A DNA stretch of 64,000 nt, from assembly GCA_964467535.1 (NCBI GenBank), contig CAYXRT010000004.1:20956-84955 (forward strand). The letters run 5' to 3'. Of this stretch, positions 20,285-30,431 are shown in pieces. This stretch comes from an uncultured Desulfurococcales archaeon (GTDB taxonomy: Archaea > Thermoproteota > Thermoprotei_A > Sulfolobales > WANQ01). Both the position numbers and the translations under genes were made by a program. Below the pieces are notes generated by a model. The model was not told where the DNA came from. It searched no databases and was given only the letters and a program-made list of their open reading frames with translations. Within the stretch, counting starts at the first letter, position 1; each line of letters starts with the position of its first letter.

Positions 20285-21526
20285 GTGATTGAAAATGTGA
20301 TATTTTTTGCCTTCTCGTTTATATTTATGAAAAGCATCCTATACACTTTATTATCCATAATTAGTATTTCTAAAAAATACTCTAAGCAAGTGTGGATTAA
20401 GGATGTTAAAATTAAGAACTACCCTTACGTCACGCTTATTATTCCATTATTTAAAGAGGGTATTAATGACATTGCTAGAACCTTTAATAGTATTATTAAA
20501 CAAAAATATCCTCGTAGTAAATTACAAGTATTAATTGTTGTTGAAGAATACGATGAGGAGACATACTCTAACGTTAATTTGTTAAAGCACCTACTAGAGA
20601 GGAATAACATTAGACATCACATTATTATTAATAAGGGTCCTCGAAAGTGCAAGGCTAAGGCTATAAATTATGCATTAAAATATGTAGATAAACGCTCTAA
20701 TGTTATAGGAATCTATGATGGCGGAGATGATATTCCAGACGATCTCCAAGTTGCTAAAGCTGTAAACTTAATAAATAAAGGTTTTGATGTTGTTGGTGTA
20801 AAAGTTTTAAGGAATGGGAGAAGCTTACTTGGTTTCCTTTCACTTATAGACTCAACTCTATGGTGTCATGTAATGTTGCCTGCTCTCGTAAAGTTAACTT
20901 CTTATCCATTATTTAGTGGTGAGGGATTATTTATCTCTAGGAGGTTTATTGAACAGATAGGCGGGTTACCTGAAAAACTTACTGAAGACTCATATTTAGC
21001 AATCTACCTCGCCATGTACAGGAGAAAAGCAGCATTACTAGACAGCATTGTGCTTGAGGGCGCACCTGCAAATCTTAGAAGTCTCATAAAGCAGCGTTTA
21101 AGATGGTTTAAAGGATATGTAGAATGTATGGTAGAGGTTATCATGTGTAATAACTTAACTTTACCTACTAAACTAAAGTTGTTAATGGCTTATTTAAGTC
21201 CATATACGTTAACAGCTATGCCTACATCATGTATAGTTTTTACTTTGAGCATTTTCGTGTCTATGCCTATACCTATAATTGTCATGTCATTGGCGGTCAT
21301 AGTATTCACACTCATAGCGCCATTATATGTAGTGTTTATAGGGGTCAGGGATCAAAGAATATTCGTTGCTCCTCTATATTGGATATTTCTAGGTCTTATT
21401 GCCTTCATTAGCATCCTCATCCCACGTATTTCATGGTATAAAACCATTAGAACTCCATTAAGCAAAGTTAGTAGAGAGTACTTAGAATTCATTGAAGTTC
21501 CCGAGATGCAAAAATTGAAATCATAA
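20285..21526 (+). CDS. Membrane-embedded family-2 glycosyltransferase, processive synthase type (PgaC/IcaA-like architecture)
   Basis: VTLIIPLFKE start of the GT-A fold, DGGDD (DxD-like), QRLRWFKG (QxxRW). N-terminal and several C-terminal TM helices. Confidence 0.8.
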   Translation: MIENVIFFAFSFIFMKSILYTLLSIISISKKYSKQVWIKDVKIKNYPYVTLIIPLFKEGINDIARTFNSIIKQKYPRSKLQVLIVVEEYDEETYSNVNLLKHLLERNNIRHHIIINKGPRKCKAKAINYALKYVDKRSNVIGIYDGGDDIPDDLQVAKAVNLINKGFDVVGVKVLRNGRSLLGFLSLIDSTLWCHVMLPALVKLTSYPLFSGEGLFISRRFIEQIGGLPEKLTEDSYLAIYLAMYRRKAALLDSIVLEGAPANLRSLIKQRLRWFKGYVECMVEVIMCNNLTLPTKLKLLMAYLSPYTLTAMPTSCIVFTLSIFVSMPIPIIVMSLAVIVFTLIAPLYVVFIGVRDQRIFVAPLYWIFLGLIAFISILIPRISWYKTIRTPLSKVSREYLEFIEVPEMQKLKS

Positions 21527-22631
21527 TTGATGACGTTATGATGATAACTGGAATGAGCATTACTTTTCCAAAGCCGATTATCAATACTAGTATTTCTAGT
21601 GGTGCTACAAAGGCAAGTGAAATGTTTACTACTAGATCTATAAGATTTATGCCTAAGCCTCTAATCTCATCAGTAAGTCTCTTCGAAGCTTCAATGTATA
21701 CAGGGTTGAGAGTAAAGCTACTAAATAATCCTATAATAGGGCTTACAGCTATAATCATTAATTTTTCTTTCACAATACATAGAAGTATATATGAGATCAA
21801 CATACCAAGACTCATAGTATAGGTTAGTAATTTTCCATATCTTCTGTACATTGGCTCTGAGATATAACTTCCAATACCAAAAACCATAGCCTCAAGAAAT
21901 AAAAATAATGCATACTCTTGTTCGCTAAACTTCAGATGTAATGTCAGGTATGGCGTGTAATATGTAATTAAGATTGTAAAGCTAAATGCTTCTGCTATAG
22001 CAAGTGGTAATAGCGTAACTACAGCCCTTAATTTCAATAATTTAGCTACATACCTAATCGAAGTCCATGGAGGTGGTATATTCCTTCTCTCTTCTTTACA
22101 CCTTATTAATAATGCCGTTAGAGTCGTAAGTGTGAGTATTGAAGCTGTTATGAATGCAGCAAAATAGCCAATTGATGCTAAAAACCCTGCTACCATCGGG
22201 CCAAGTGATATTCCCATTCCTTGCGATAGCCTTAGGAATCCTATACCTACTCCTCCCCTAGATGTAATCCAGCTAGCTATTGTAAGAGCTGCTGCTAAGG
22301 CTAAGCTCCCTAATAATGAATGTATGAATCTGATGAGCAGGATATTATTTACGTCAGTTACATAAAGATATAAAGGAATTATAGAGGCAATGATTATAGA
22401 CGATATCACTAGTACTCTCCAAGCACCAAAAACATCACAAAGCCAACCTGCTATGGGTGACATGAATGCAAGAACAATGAAGCTAATGTAAAGTACTCTT
22501 GAAACATCTATTTCAGAGCCACCAATATTTGCCGTTATGTATGGTAGAAGTGTTCTAACGATATAAGTCGACATTAGCAGCAACCCTGAAGATAGTAATA
22601 CTATGTATAACAATATTTTATGCCTTACCAT
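21489..22631 (-). CDS. MFS-type transporter
   Basis: 380 aa with about 10-12 hydrophobic helices arranged in two halves. Its 3-prime end overlaps the convergent GT2 gene by 38 nt. Confidence 0.7.
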   Translation of the reverse strand: MVRHKILLYIVLLSSGLLLMSTYIVRTLLPYITANIGGSEIDVSRVLYISFIVLAFMSPIAGWLCDVFGAWRVLVISSIIIASIIPLYLYVTDVNNILLIRFIHSLLGSLALAAALTIASWITSRGGVGIGFLRLSQGMGISLGPMVAGFLASIGYFAAFITASILTLTTLTALLIRCKEERRNIPPPWTSIRYVAKLLKLRAVVTLLPLAIAEAFSFTILITYYTPYLTLHLKFSEQEYALFLFLEAMVFGIGSYISEPMYRRYGKLLTYTMSLGMLISYILLCIVKEKLMIIAVSPIIGLFSSFTLNPVYIEASKRLTDEIRGLGINLIDLVVNISLAFVAPLEILVLIIGFGKVMLIPVIIITSSIMISIFASRELQ

Positions 22632-22834
22632 TATTTAGCCCTATGCATATTCCGTTAGCATTTCTATGTTACCTCCATTAACTTGAAATTTATAATATTT
22701 ATGAATTCTGTAACCTACCATTTAATTTAGGAAGTCATTTCACAGAAATTGAAAGAATTTTCAATAATAATTAATGAGGTGGAAATTTTCTTATACTTAT
22801 AGTGTAACGAACACAATGATAGGAGTGATACATA

Positions 22835-23443
22835 ATGTATATTGGCGTAATGCGGAGAGTATACTACTATCTTAACTCAAATGAATTCATTGCCTTGCTA
22901 ATATCCATTATTGCAGTAGCATTAATATTTACTGGTTTTAAAGATATGATTATATACGGCATAGGTGTGTTGATGATAAACCTAACTATAACTCTTCCTG
23001 CATTCGCTATACATGAGCTTGCTCATAGATTCATTGCTAGAAGATATGGATGTAAAGCTCGCTACTTCATCGACCCCTTTGGATTAACAGTCTCTCTATT
23101 CACATTCTTTTTACCATTTAGATTGATTGCTTTAGGTTACGTTGGAGTTTCATGTCCTCATGCATGGTATTATGGAGCTAGTTTACGGTTCATCGAAGGT
23201 AGAATAGCTGTTGCAGGACCATTATCTAATATAATTTTATCAATTACATTCTATGCATTGTATAACTTCATGCCAGGAGACTTCTCGGCATTCATACTAT
23301 ATAGACTTTATAAGCTAAATGCATGGCTTGCCTTATTTAACTTATTACCATTTCCCCCATTAGATGGTTATAAAGTATTTAGATATAGTCCTCTTCTATC
23401 ATTGATGCTTATTGCAGCATCGTTAGTATTATTTATATTATGA
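22835..23443 (+). CDS. M50-family (site-2 protease-like) membrane zinc metalloprotease
   Basis: HELAHRF (HExxH) in a TM helix, and LNAWLALFNLLPFPPLDG (NxxPxxxLDG motif). Confidence 0.75.
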   Translation: MYIGVMRRVYYYLNSNEFIALLISIIAVALIFTGFKDMIIYGIGVLMINLTITLPAFAIHELAHRFIARRYGCKARYFIDPFGLTVSLFTFFLPFRLIALGYVGVSCPHAWYYGASLRFIEGRIAVAGPLSNIILSITFYALYNFMPGDFSAFILYRLYKLNAWLALFNLLPFPPLDGYKVFRYSPLLSLMLIAASLVLFIL

Positions 23444-23526
23444 GCTTATGCCTTTAATGTGACTTTATGCTTACTTAGTATAGCTAAGAAAATTAAGATA
23501 CATTTATAGATCTGGAATCAACGTTA

Positions 23527-23856
23527 CTATTTCCTACTCGCTAAGAATACTCCTATTAAGCCTCCTATTTCAGCAAGTACTGCAACAGGTAGGAATAGTA
23601 AGCATATTATTCCACCAAATATAAGTCCTATTAAAGCTCCTAACGGGCCAATTAATGATCCTAAAAACATAAAAATTAACGTTAGAAGTATACCACCAAG
23701 TAATCCGCCAACAAATCCTGTTATTAATCCACCTATAGCTCCTTTCTCAACGATATATCCTCTAATTAAGCCTGCAATTATTGGACCTATATATGGCTTC
23801 CACCCCAGGACAATGAGTAATAGGAACGTTGTAATAATTCCAATAATGCAGCCCAT
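23527..23856 (-). CDS. Small glycine-zipper membrane protein
   Basis: Taking the start at MGCIIGIITTF (ATG at 23854-23856) avoids overlap with the upstream gene. Sequence is GGLITGFVGGLLGGILLTLIFMFLGSLIGPLGALIGLIFGG. 28-nt gap to the E1-like gene. Confidence 0.55.
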   Translation of the reverse strand: MGCIIGIITTFLLLIVLGWKPYIGPIIAGLIRGYIVEKGAIGGLITGFVGGLLGGILLTLIFMFLGSLIGPLGALIGLIFGGIICLLFLPVAVLAEIGGLIGVFLASRK

Positions 23857-23884
23857 ACTAATTTCCTCTATTTTAACATAATTA

Positions 23885-24640
23885 TTAGGAGGGTTTATGT
23901 GATATCCTACTGCATACACGACAATCAGGTCTTCTCTTAACAGGAACTTCATTAAATGACATTGAATATCCATCATATATTATCATTTTACCTATAGCTG
24001 GTTTTCCATAACCTGTTATGATTTTTATGGCTTCGGTTACTTCAAGTAAGGCTAAGACTCCAGGTGTAGTTCCTAATATAGGAAAGCCTGGAACTTCAGG
24101 TGGAGGCTTAGGCAGTATACATTGTAAGCAGGGTCCTTTACCTGGCATTACAACAAGTAATTGTCCATAGAGTTCTCGTACACCTGCATGTATAAATGGC
24201 TTGCCTAATTCAACACAGGCTCTATTAACTATAAACCTTGTTCTCCAGTTATCTAATCCATCGATTACCAGGTCTACTTCTTTAACATAATTGTAGACGT
24301 TTTCTTCATTTAGTACATCCATTACTCCCTCAATATTAACCTCTGGATTTAACTCCCTTAGCTTCTCTATAGCTGAGCGTATTTTAGGTACTCCAATATC
24401 TTTCGTCCAATGAAGTATTTGTCTATTTAGATTACTTAATTCCACCTTCTGAGAATCTATTAGTATTATATTGCCAACTCCACTTGCAGTGAGATATAAA
24501 GCAGCACAACATCCTAAACCACCAACACCAACGACAAGAACTCTAGCTTTCTTAAGCTTTATTTGACCATCAACACCGAATATCTTTATTTGCCTTTCAT
24601 ACCTCTCCATTTCACTTCTAGATAAAGTTATATTCTCCAT
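23885..24640 (-). CDS. ThiF/MoeB/UbaA-family E1-like adenylyltransferase
   Basis: Nucleotide loop GVGGLGC, RQI motif, and two CxxC pairs (CLQC, CRVC) typical of the zinc site. Confidence 0.85.
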   Translation of the reverse strand: MENITLSRSEMERYERQIKIFGVDGQIKLKKARVLVVGVGGLGCCAALYLTASGVGNIILIDSQKVELSNLNRQILHWTKDIGVPKIRSAIEKLRELNPEVNIEGVMDVLNEENVYNYVKEVDLVIDGLDNWRTRFIVNRACVELGKPFIHAGVRELYGQLLVVMPGKGPCLQCILPKPPPEVPGFPILGTTPGVLALLEVTEAIKIITGYGKPAIGKMIIYDGYSMSFNEVPVKRRPDCRVCSRISHKPS

Positions 24641-24658
24641 AAGTATCTCCCGTAATTA

Positions 24659-26008
24659 TTATCCTATTATTTGAACTTCTCCTATTAAAATTGATGGAGC
24701 ATATACGTTGTCCATATTGTCTACATCACTTCCTATCATTATTAAATTCTTTTTAAGCATTTCATAGAAGTTGCCACTTATTGCTATCCCTTTTACCGCA
24801 TGCTTCACTTCCCCATTTTCTACATATAGACCATTAGATACCGTTGCATTGAGATACCCATTAACGGGATTTGATAGCCATTCTCCTATAGTTAAATATA
24901 CTACAATTCCCCTCTTCATCTCTCTAATTATCTCATTAAAGCCCGTTTTGCCTGGCTGGACGATTAAGTTTGTTATCCATGGCTGAGGAGCTGATGAAAG
25001 CCTTCTCCTATAGGCATTACCCGTTGATTCCCTATTATCTCTGTAGGCAGTATAGGTATCATATAAGAAAGTTTTTAGAACACCATGATCAAAGACCGTC
25101 TTTCTCTTAGTAGCTACACCCTCATCATCAAATCCTCTAGAAGCTACATATCTTGGTATCGTTCCATCATCTATGATAGTTAATTCTTCATTAAGTAACT
25201 GCTCTCCTATTTTTCCAGCTAGAGGTGACCTAGCCATCTGAACCCATTGAGCAGAGATGGCTGGTGCTAAGAGTGTTACAAGTAGTTGTGAGAATACTTT
25301 GTTCTTAAATAGTATTTCATATTTACCTGTAGGTATTCTTTTTATGTTCAGGAACTGTAGTGCAGTAGAAGCTACTTCCTTAGCTTTACCCTCGATATCT
25401 ATATCATCAATATGTCTTTTAACTACGTATTCATAGTAACTAGATTCATTACCTGCTTCAACAGCTTTTGCACTTATACCATATGCTATAAGTGTTGATT
25501 CTTCATTTACGAGATCCCCATAATTGTTAGTTATAACTCTTCTTCCCTTGCTTATTGATAATGAGGAACCTATAGGTTTTATTCTAGGATCAACGTTTTT
25601 CATTTCATCTATTCCAAATTTCATTCTTTTCGCTAATTCCTCTAGGTTTATATCATCAACTTTTTTATCATATATTTCGGAGGTAGGCGTTAACGATAAC
25701 TTTACTGGTAGGCTCTTCCAGTAAGGATCTTCTGTACTAGCACGTGCAATTTTTATAGCTGATAAAACTACTTCTTCGGCTTCTTTAAGAGATGAGACTG
25801 TTGCTCCTTGAACAGCAATCTTCTTGCCGATAGCAACTCTTATTCCAATTGCTACGCTTCTTCTATATGAAATACTATCTATGTGTTCTTTGATATAGGA
25901 TATGGAATATTGAATAGCATCACTAATATATATTTCTGCTTCCGTAGCACCATGTTTTAATGCTTTACTTAATAGTTTTTCAGCTAAGCTGTTAGGCTCT
26001 TCGATCAT
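24659..26008 (-). CDS. pmbA: PmbA/TldE-family protein
   Basis: 449 aa with TldD/PmbA fold signatures but no HExxxH. 1-nt overlap with tldD upstream. Confidence 0.8.
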   Translation of the reverse strand: MIEEPNSLAEKLLSKALKHGATEAEIYISDAIQYSISYIKEHIDSISYRRSVAIGIRVAIGKKIAVQGATVSSLKEAEEVVLSAIKIARASTEDPYWKSLPVKLSLTPTSEIYDKKVDDINLEELAKRMKFGIDEMKNVDPRIKPIGSSLSISKGRRVITNNYGDLVNEESTLIAYGISAKAVEAGNESSYYEYVVKRHIDDIDIEGKAKEVASTALQFLNIKRIPTGKYEILFKNKVFSQLLVTLLAPAISAQWVQMARSPLAGKIGEQLLNEELTIIDDGTIPRYVASRGFDDEGVATKRKTVFDHGVLKTFLYDTYTAYRDNRESTGNAYRRRLSSAPQPWITNLIVQPGKTGFNEIIREMKRGIVVYLTIGEWLSNPVNGYLNATVSNGLYVENGEVKHAVKGIAISGNFYEMLKKNLIMIGSDVDNMDNVYAPSILIGEVQIIG

Positions 26009-27411
26009 TACTTACCACCTATGATCATTCTCCTTACCCTTATATGAGGTCCTCCATCACCTACTCTAACCATCTGGCCGTTTTTACCGCATCCTCCAAA
26101 AACTGATGTTGTTACTTTTAAATCATTTGCAACAGCATCAACTTCCTTAAGGGTCTCAAGTATCATACCACTAAGCGTTACACCTCTAACTAATTCATGT
26201 ATTTCGCCTTTTCTGATAATATAGGAAGGTCCCATGTTAAATGTAAATGTCCCCATTGATGTATTTACTTCGCCTCCACCAGCCCCTATGCTTCTTGCAT
26301 ATATGCCAAAGTCTATATCTTCGAATAGTTCTTCAACTTTGTAGTCTCCTGGAAGCATGTAGAAGTTTGTTTGCCTAACTAGAGGAATTGATGCATAATC
26401 TTGAGCTCGTGCATTTCCTGTAGGTTTTCCATTAAGTACTTTAGCTGTATGTCTATCGTATAAGTATGACTTTAATACACCTTTCTCAACAATAACGGTT
26501 CTCTTCTTAGGAACACCTTCATCATCATATGGTATGAAATACCCCCCTTCAACAATACCTTCATCTACTATAGTTACTAAAGGACTAGCAACCCTTTCAC
26601 CTAGTTTACCAATTAGGACTGAGGCTCCAGCCTCGATGTGATCTGCTTCAGCTGCATGCCCAAATGCTTCATGAAGAAGTAGCCCAACAACTCTATTATC
26701 TAATACTACAGGGTAAGAGCCCGCTGGTGGAGTTTTTGCTTCAACAGCTTTAGCTGCAAGCTTGTCTATTTCTTCGGCGAATTGTAGCCAATCACCCTTC
26801 TCTATAAATTCATATCCTGCAATAGCTGATTTAGAGTCATGAACTCGCTCCATAACATTACCTATTCTAGCAACGGACATATGACCAAAACCTATGGAGG
26901 TAACCTTGACTTCAACGTAACTACCTTCGCTTGATGCAAAGATTCTTTTATCAACCTGACATCCAAGCCTAGTTATTGTTGATTTAATTCTTTCTCTTTT
27001 TAGACTTTCCTTATTGACTTCACTAACTAACTTAACTTTATTTTCAGGGTCTATATCTATAGGATTAATTCTATAAGTTGATGTAACCTTATCCTTAATT
27101 ATAGGTACTTCAATAAGTGATCTTTTCCTACCAGCAATAGAAGAAGCCCTAGCACATGAAATGGCCTTGTTAATGGCTTCTTCTATTGCTTCCTTACTTA
27201 ATACGTTTGTTGAGGAGAAACCCATGAATCCATTGACTAGTACTCTAATTCCTATTCCAATGATTCTACTGGTACTGTACTCCCTTAAATTACCTGTATC
27301 ATACGTTACTAACTCATAGTATGATTCTTGATATCTGACATCAATATACTCGGCGCCTTTCTTAAGACCAAGGGCGATTATCTCATTTAGATCCAAATGC
27401 GAAATCCCCAT
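26008..27411 (-). CDS. tldD: TldD-family metalloprotease
   Basis: HEAFGHAAEAD (HExxxH) and C-terminal GGCGK motif. 467 aa. Confidence 0.85.
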   Translation of the reverse strand: MGISHLDLNEIIALGLKKGAEYIDVRYQESYYELVTYDTGNLREYSTSRIIGIGIRVLVNGFMGFSSTNVLSKEAIEEAINKAISCARASSIAGRKRSLIEVPIIKDKVTSTYRINPIDIDPENKVKLVSEVNKESLKRERIKSTITRLGCQVDKRIFASSEGSYVEVKVTSIGFGHMSVARIGNVMERVHDSKSAIAGYEFIEKGDWLQFAEEIDKLAAKAVEAKTPPAGSYPVVLDNRVVGLLLHEAFGHAAEADHIEAGASVLIGKLGERVASPLVTIVDEGIVEGGYFIPYDDEGVPKKRTVIVEKGVLKSYLYDRHTAKVLNGKPTGNARAQDYASIPLVRQTNFYMLPGDYKVEELFEDIDFGIYARSIGAGGGEVNTSMGTFTFNMGPSYIIRKGEIHELVRGVTLSGMILETLKEVDAVANDLKVTTSVFGGCGKNGQMVRVGDGGPHIRVRRMIIGGK

Positions 27412-27513
27412 ATCATTCTACTACTCTCCACATAGATGAACCTTACGTAAAATACTCAGGTTTAGTATTTAAATTCTAGTTACTCTGCAATAATTTATGA
27501 TAAGGTGCTTTAA

Positions 27514-28440
27514 TTGAAGATCTTAGTAACGGGTTGCGCAGGATTTATAGGATATCATCTATGTAGAAGACTCCTTAGCGAAGGATATGAAGTACATTGT
27601 ATAGATAATTTATGTAGAGGTATCAAGGAGAGAGTTAATGAGCTAATCTCTATGGGATTAAAATTCTATAAGATTGATGTGAGAGACTACACCTCAATAC
27701 TTAAACTTCCAAACTTTGATGCTATAATACATTTAGCGGCTCTTATAAATGTTGAAGAGAGTTTTAGAGAGCCTATACTATATAATGAAGTTAATGTTAA
27801 CGGAACTTTAAACTTAATAATGACGGCTATTAAGTGGAGGGTTAGTTCATTCATTTATGCTTCATCTGCTGCAGTATACGGAAATCCTAAGTATTTGCCT
27901 ATAGACGAAAATCATCCAACAAATCCTTTATCACCATATGGTGCTAGTAAGCTTGCTAGTGAATACTACATTAAATCAATACTTGGGCATTATAACATTA
28001 GATATGTAATATTAAGGCTATTTAACGTCTATGGACCTGGACAAGTAGCTAACGAATATGCAAGTGTAATAGTTAAGTTCATAGATAGAGTTTCTCGAGG
28101 GCTTCCGCCAATAATTTATGGTGATGGGCATCAAACTAGAGACTTTATATACATAGATGATGTAGTTAGTGCAATTATTAGCTCACTTAGGACTAATGTT
28201 CAAGGAGTATTCAATATAGCTTCAGGTAAAGCCATTAAGATAAAGGATTTAGCAGAAATGATATTAGATCTTTACGGTAAAAGGTATTTAGGGATAATAT
28301 ACACAAAGCCTAGACCTGGAGATATTAAGTATAGTGTTGCTAACATAGATAAAGCTATTAAGAACCTGAAATGGTCGCCAAAGACTAGTTTAAGAAATGG
28401 ATTGAAAAATTGTATTAAGGTTAGAGAAAAAGGAGGTTAA
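27514..28440 (+). CDS. NAD-dependent sugar-nucleotide epimerase/dehydratase (GalE-like SDR)
   Basis: GCAGFIGYHL Rossmann motif, SSAAVYG, catalytic YGASK. TTG start. Confidence 0.85.
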   Translation: MKILVTGCAGFIGYHLCRRLLSEGYEVHCIDNLCRGIKERVNELISMGLKFYKIDVRDYTSILKLPNFDAIIHLAALINVEESFREPILYNEVNVNGTLNLIMTAIKWRVSSFIYASSAAVYGNPKYLPIDENHPTNPLSPYGASKLASEYYIKSILGHYNIRYVILRLFNVYGPGQVANEYASVIVKFIDRVSRGLPPIIYGDGHQTRDFIYIDDVVSAIISSLRTNVQGVFNIASGKAIKIKDLAEMILDLYGKRYLGIIYTKPRPGDIKYSVANIDKAIKNLKWSPKTSLRNGLKNCIKVREKGG

Positions 28441-28454
28441 AGTTGAATTTAATT

Positions 28455-30266
28455 TCACTCTGTTGAAATGAATATATTGTCACTTATTACACTATACCAT
28501 TGTTTCATGGTCGTTAGCGCTAGTGTTCCTCTGGTAAATCTCCATATATATGGTGTAGTACCTGCTGTATATATGAAGCCATGTACTACTTTAAGCGTTG
28601 ATGCATAGACATCGGTAATTCCTGTTATAACACCTGCTGTTGGTGATATGAATATTAATGTACCACTAACAATATTATCTGCATCAACGCTTTCACGGAA
28701 TGATGTTATCTTTGATTCTTTAGGTCCTATGATACGAGTACTTGTATCTAATACTTGAATAACATTCACTATTATTGAAAATGTTGCTGGTACAGGATTT
28801 TGTACTGTTGCTTTACTGATATCACCTTCTGGTACAACTACAAAACCATACTCAACATATAATGGCGCAACCCATTCATTAGTCCATACAAATCTGGAAA
28901 CAGGTTTACCTTCCTCTAATTCTATCTCAATGAGCTTTGATAACCTATATTCATGTAGTGTATTGTTATCCCATACATCATTATATGTCCTCACAAGATT
29001 TAACGTTGACATTAGTATTGAAGTTGCTTTAATTACCTTATTTCCTATAGTTAATGTAGATACTGCTTTGAGGTTAAATGCTGTGCTAACACTATATAAG
29101 GCGTAGGCTTCAAGAGTTTCCTCCTTGGTTTCAGTTGAGATGGTATAGTTGTAATAGTCTAATTTCATTTTTACAGGTTCAGTTGTTGTCCATAATAGTA
29201 ATACTCCTCCAATAACCCATCTAGCTCTCCTGAATATGTTTGTTACTTCTACTGTTACGTTGTGTTCTCCTACAATTAATGGTAATAACCCTGTGACATC
29301 AACTATAACAGGCTCATTGGCATAGGTTCTAACAGCTGGTAAAGGCCTCCATAGGAATGGCATTAATCCTCCAGTATATATGTAGTGATATGGATGTATG
29401 AGAGCTATTAATTTATCATCAAAGTATACTTTTACCTCCCTATAACATGTACCATAGTAGTACCAGAATTCATCATATGACAATCCTTCGGTAAATAATA
29501 ACAGTCTTGCTTTAACAACATTATCTGGCACGGTAACTGGTACTGTTACGTTTGGTTTATCACCTGTAGGTCTAGCAACAGCTAAACCCTCAATCCACGC
29601 ATTAGACCACAGCGGTATGATCGTATCAGGTACATCAGGTTTCTTGCCAGGATAGAATAATAATGTTAAGTTTACGAGGAATCTTCCGGTGACTCCTATT
29701 CTTGGTACAACCCAATTAGGTAGAATCATTGTTACAGTTATCTTGTCTTTAAATAAGCTATAAAATATTGTTAAATCAGCTGTAACTGTCCAGTTAAATC
29801 TTTGAGCAGTACTACCCCAAAGAACGGGCACACCATTAATGAATATCCATAAGGGCCTATCATATTGTACAGGCCTATTGAATACTGGGTCATAGATTCT
29901 AGCATCTATTCTTAATAGGATCTTACACCATTCACCTTCAGGTACTTCGACTTCAGCTGTAAATGGTTTGAAGCTTGAATTAGCGAATTCAAGGTTAGTA
30001 AATACTGGAACTATTATTGGCTCTACATCAGGTACGGGGAATGGATAATCCTGCCAACTCCAATAACCTTCAGTACTTACAATTCCTAGTTCATGTAAGT
30101 TAATGTTATTGCCTTCAGCTAACGCGTATACCATGTCTATTGGTTTTAATTGAAATTTATTTTCTCTAGTGCTATTGGCGATAATTGGGGATGCTAAGCT
30201 AGCTAATACAATTAATAAGACCAATATTGAGAAGTATTTAACCATAACGCTCCCACCTTTAGACAT
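28455..30266 (-). CDS. Secreted PNGase A-like protein (peptide-N4-(N-acetyl-beta-glucosaminyl)asparagine amidase A family)
   Basis: N-terminal signal/anchor. QYDRPLWIFINGVPVLWGSTAQ and REVKVYFDDKLIALIHPYHYIYTGGLMPFLWRPLPAV...VTGLLPLIVGEHNVTVEV resemble the two conserved PNGase A blocks. Confidence 0.55.
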   Translation of the reverse strand: MSKGGSVMVKYFSILVLLIVLASLASPIIANSTRENKFQLKPIDMVYALAEGNNINLHELGIVSTEGYWSWQDYPFPVPDVEPIIVPVFTNLEFANSSFKPFTAEVEVPEGEWCKILLRIDARIYDPVFNRPVQYDRPLWIFINGVPVLWGSTAQRFNWTVTADLTIFYSLFKDKITVTMILPNWVVPRIGVTGRFLVNLTLLFYPGKKPDVPDTIIPLWSNAWIEGLAVARPTGDKPNVTVPVTVPDNVVKARLLLFTEGLSYDEFWYYYGTCYREVKVYFDDKLIALIHPYHYIYTGGLMPFLWRPLPAVRTYANEPVIVDVTGLLPLIVGEHNVTVEVTNIFRRARWVIGGVLLLWTTTEPVKMKLDYYNYTISTETKEETLEAYALYSVSTAFNLKAVSTLTIGNKVIKATSILMSTLNLVRTYNDVWDNNTLHEYRLSKLIEIELEEGKPVSRFVWTNEWVAPLYVEYGFVVVPEGDISKATVQNPVPATFSIIVNVIQVLDTSTRIIGPKESKITSFRESVDADNIVSGTLIFISPTAGVITGITDVYASTLKVVHGFIYTAGTTPYIWRFTRGTLALTTMKQWYSVISDNIFISTE

Positions 30267-30431
30267 ACATATAAACGCAATTGATTAAATATTTTTATCA
30301 TAAATAAAATTAAAGTGTTTAATGGAATGAACCGCCATTATATATTATGAGATCTACGTGCTAACAGCATTAGTAGTGAGAAGTATATAATGAGATGAGC
30401 ATAAAAAAGATTTAACTTTTAAGGAAATCTG

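Noticed and set aside
23857-23976. N-terminal 40-aa extension of ORF 23527-23976
   Set aside because: The extension overlaps the 3-prime end of the E1-like gene by 92 nt and is not hydrophobic like the rest of the protein. The internal ATG at 23854-23856 gives a clean 28-nt intergenic gap.
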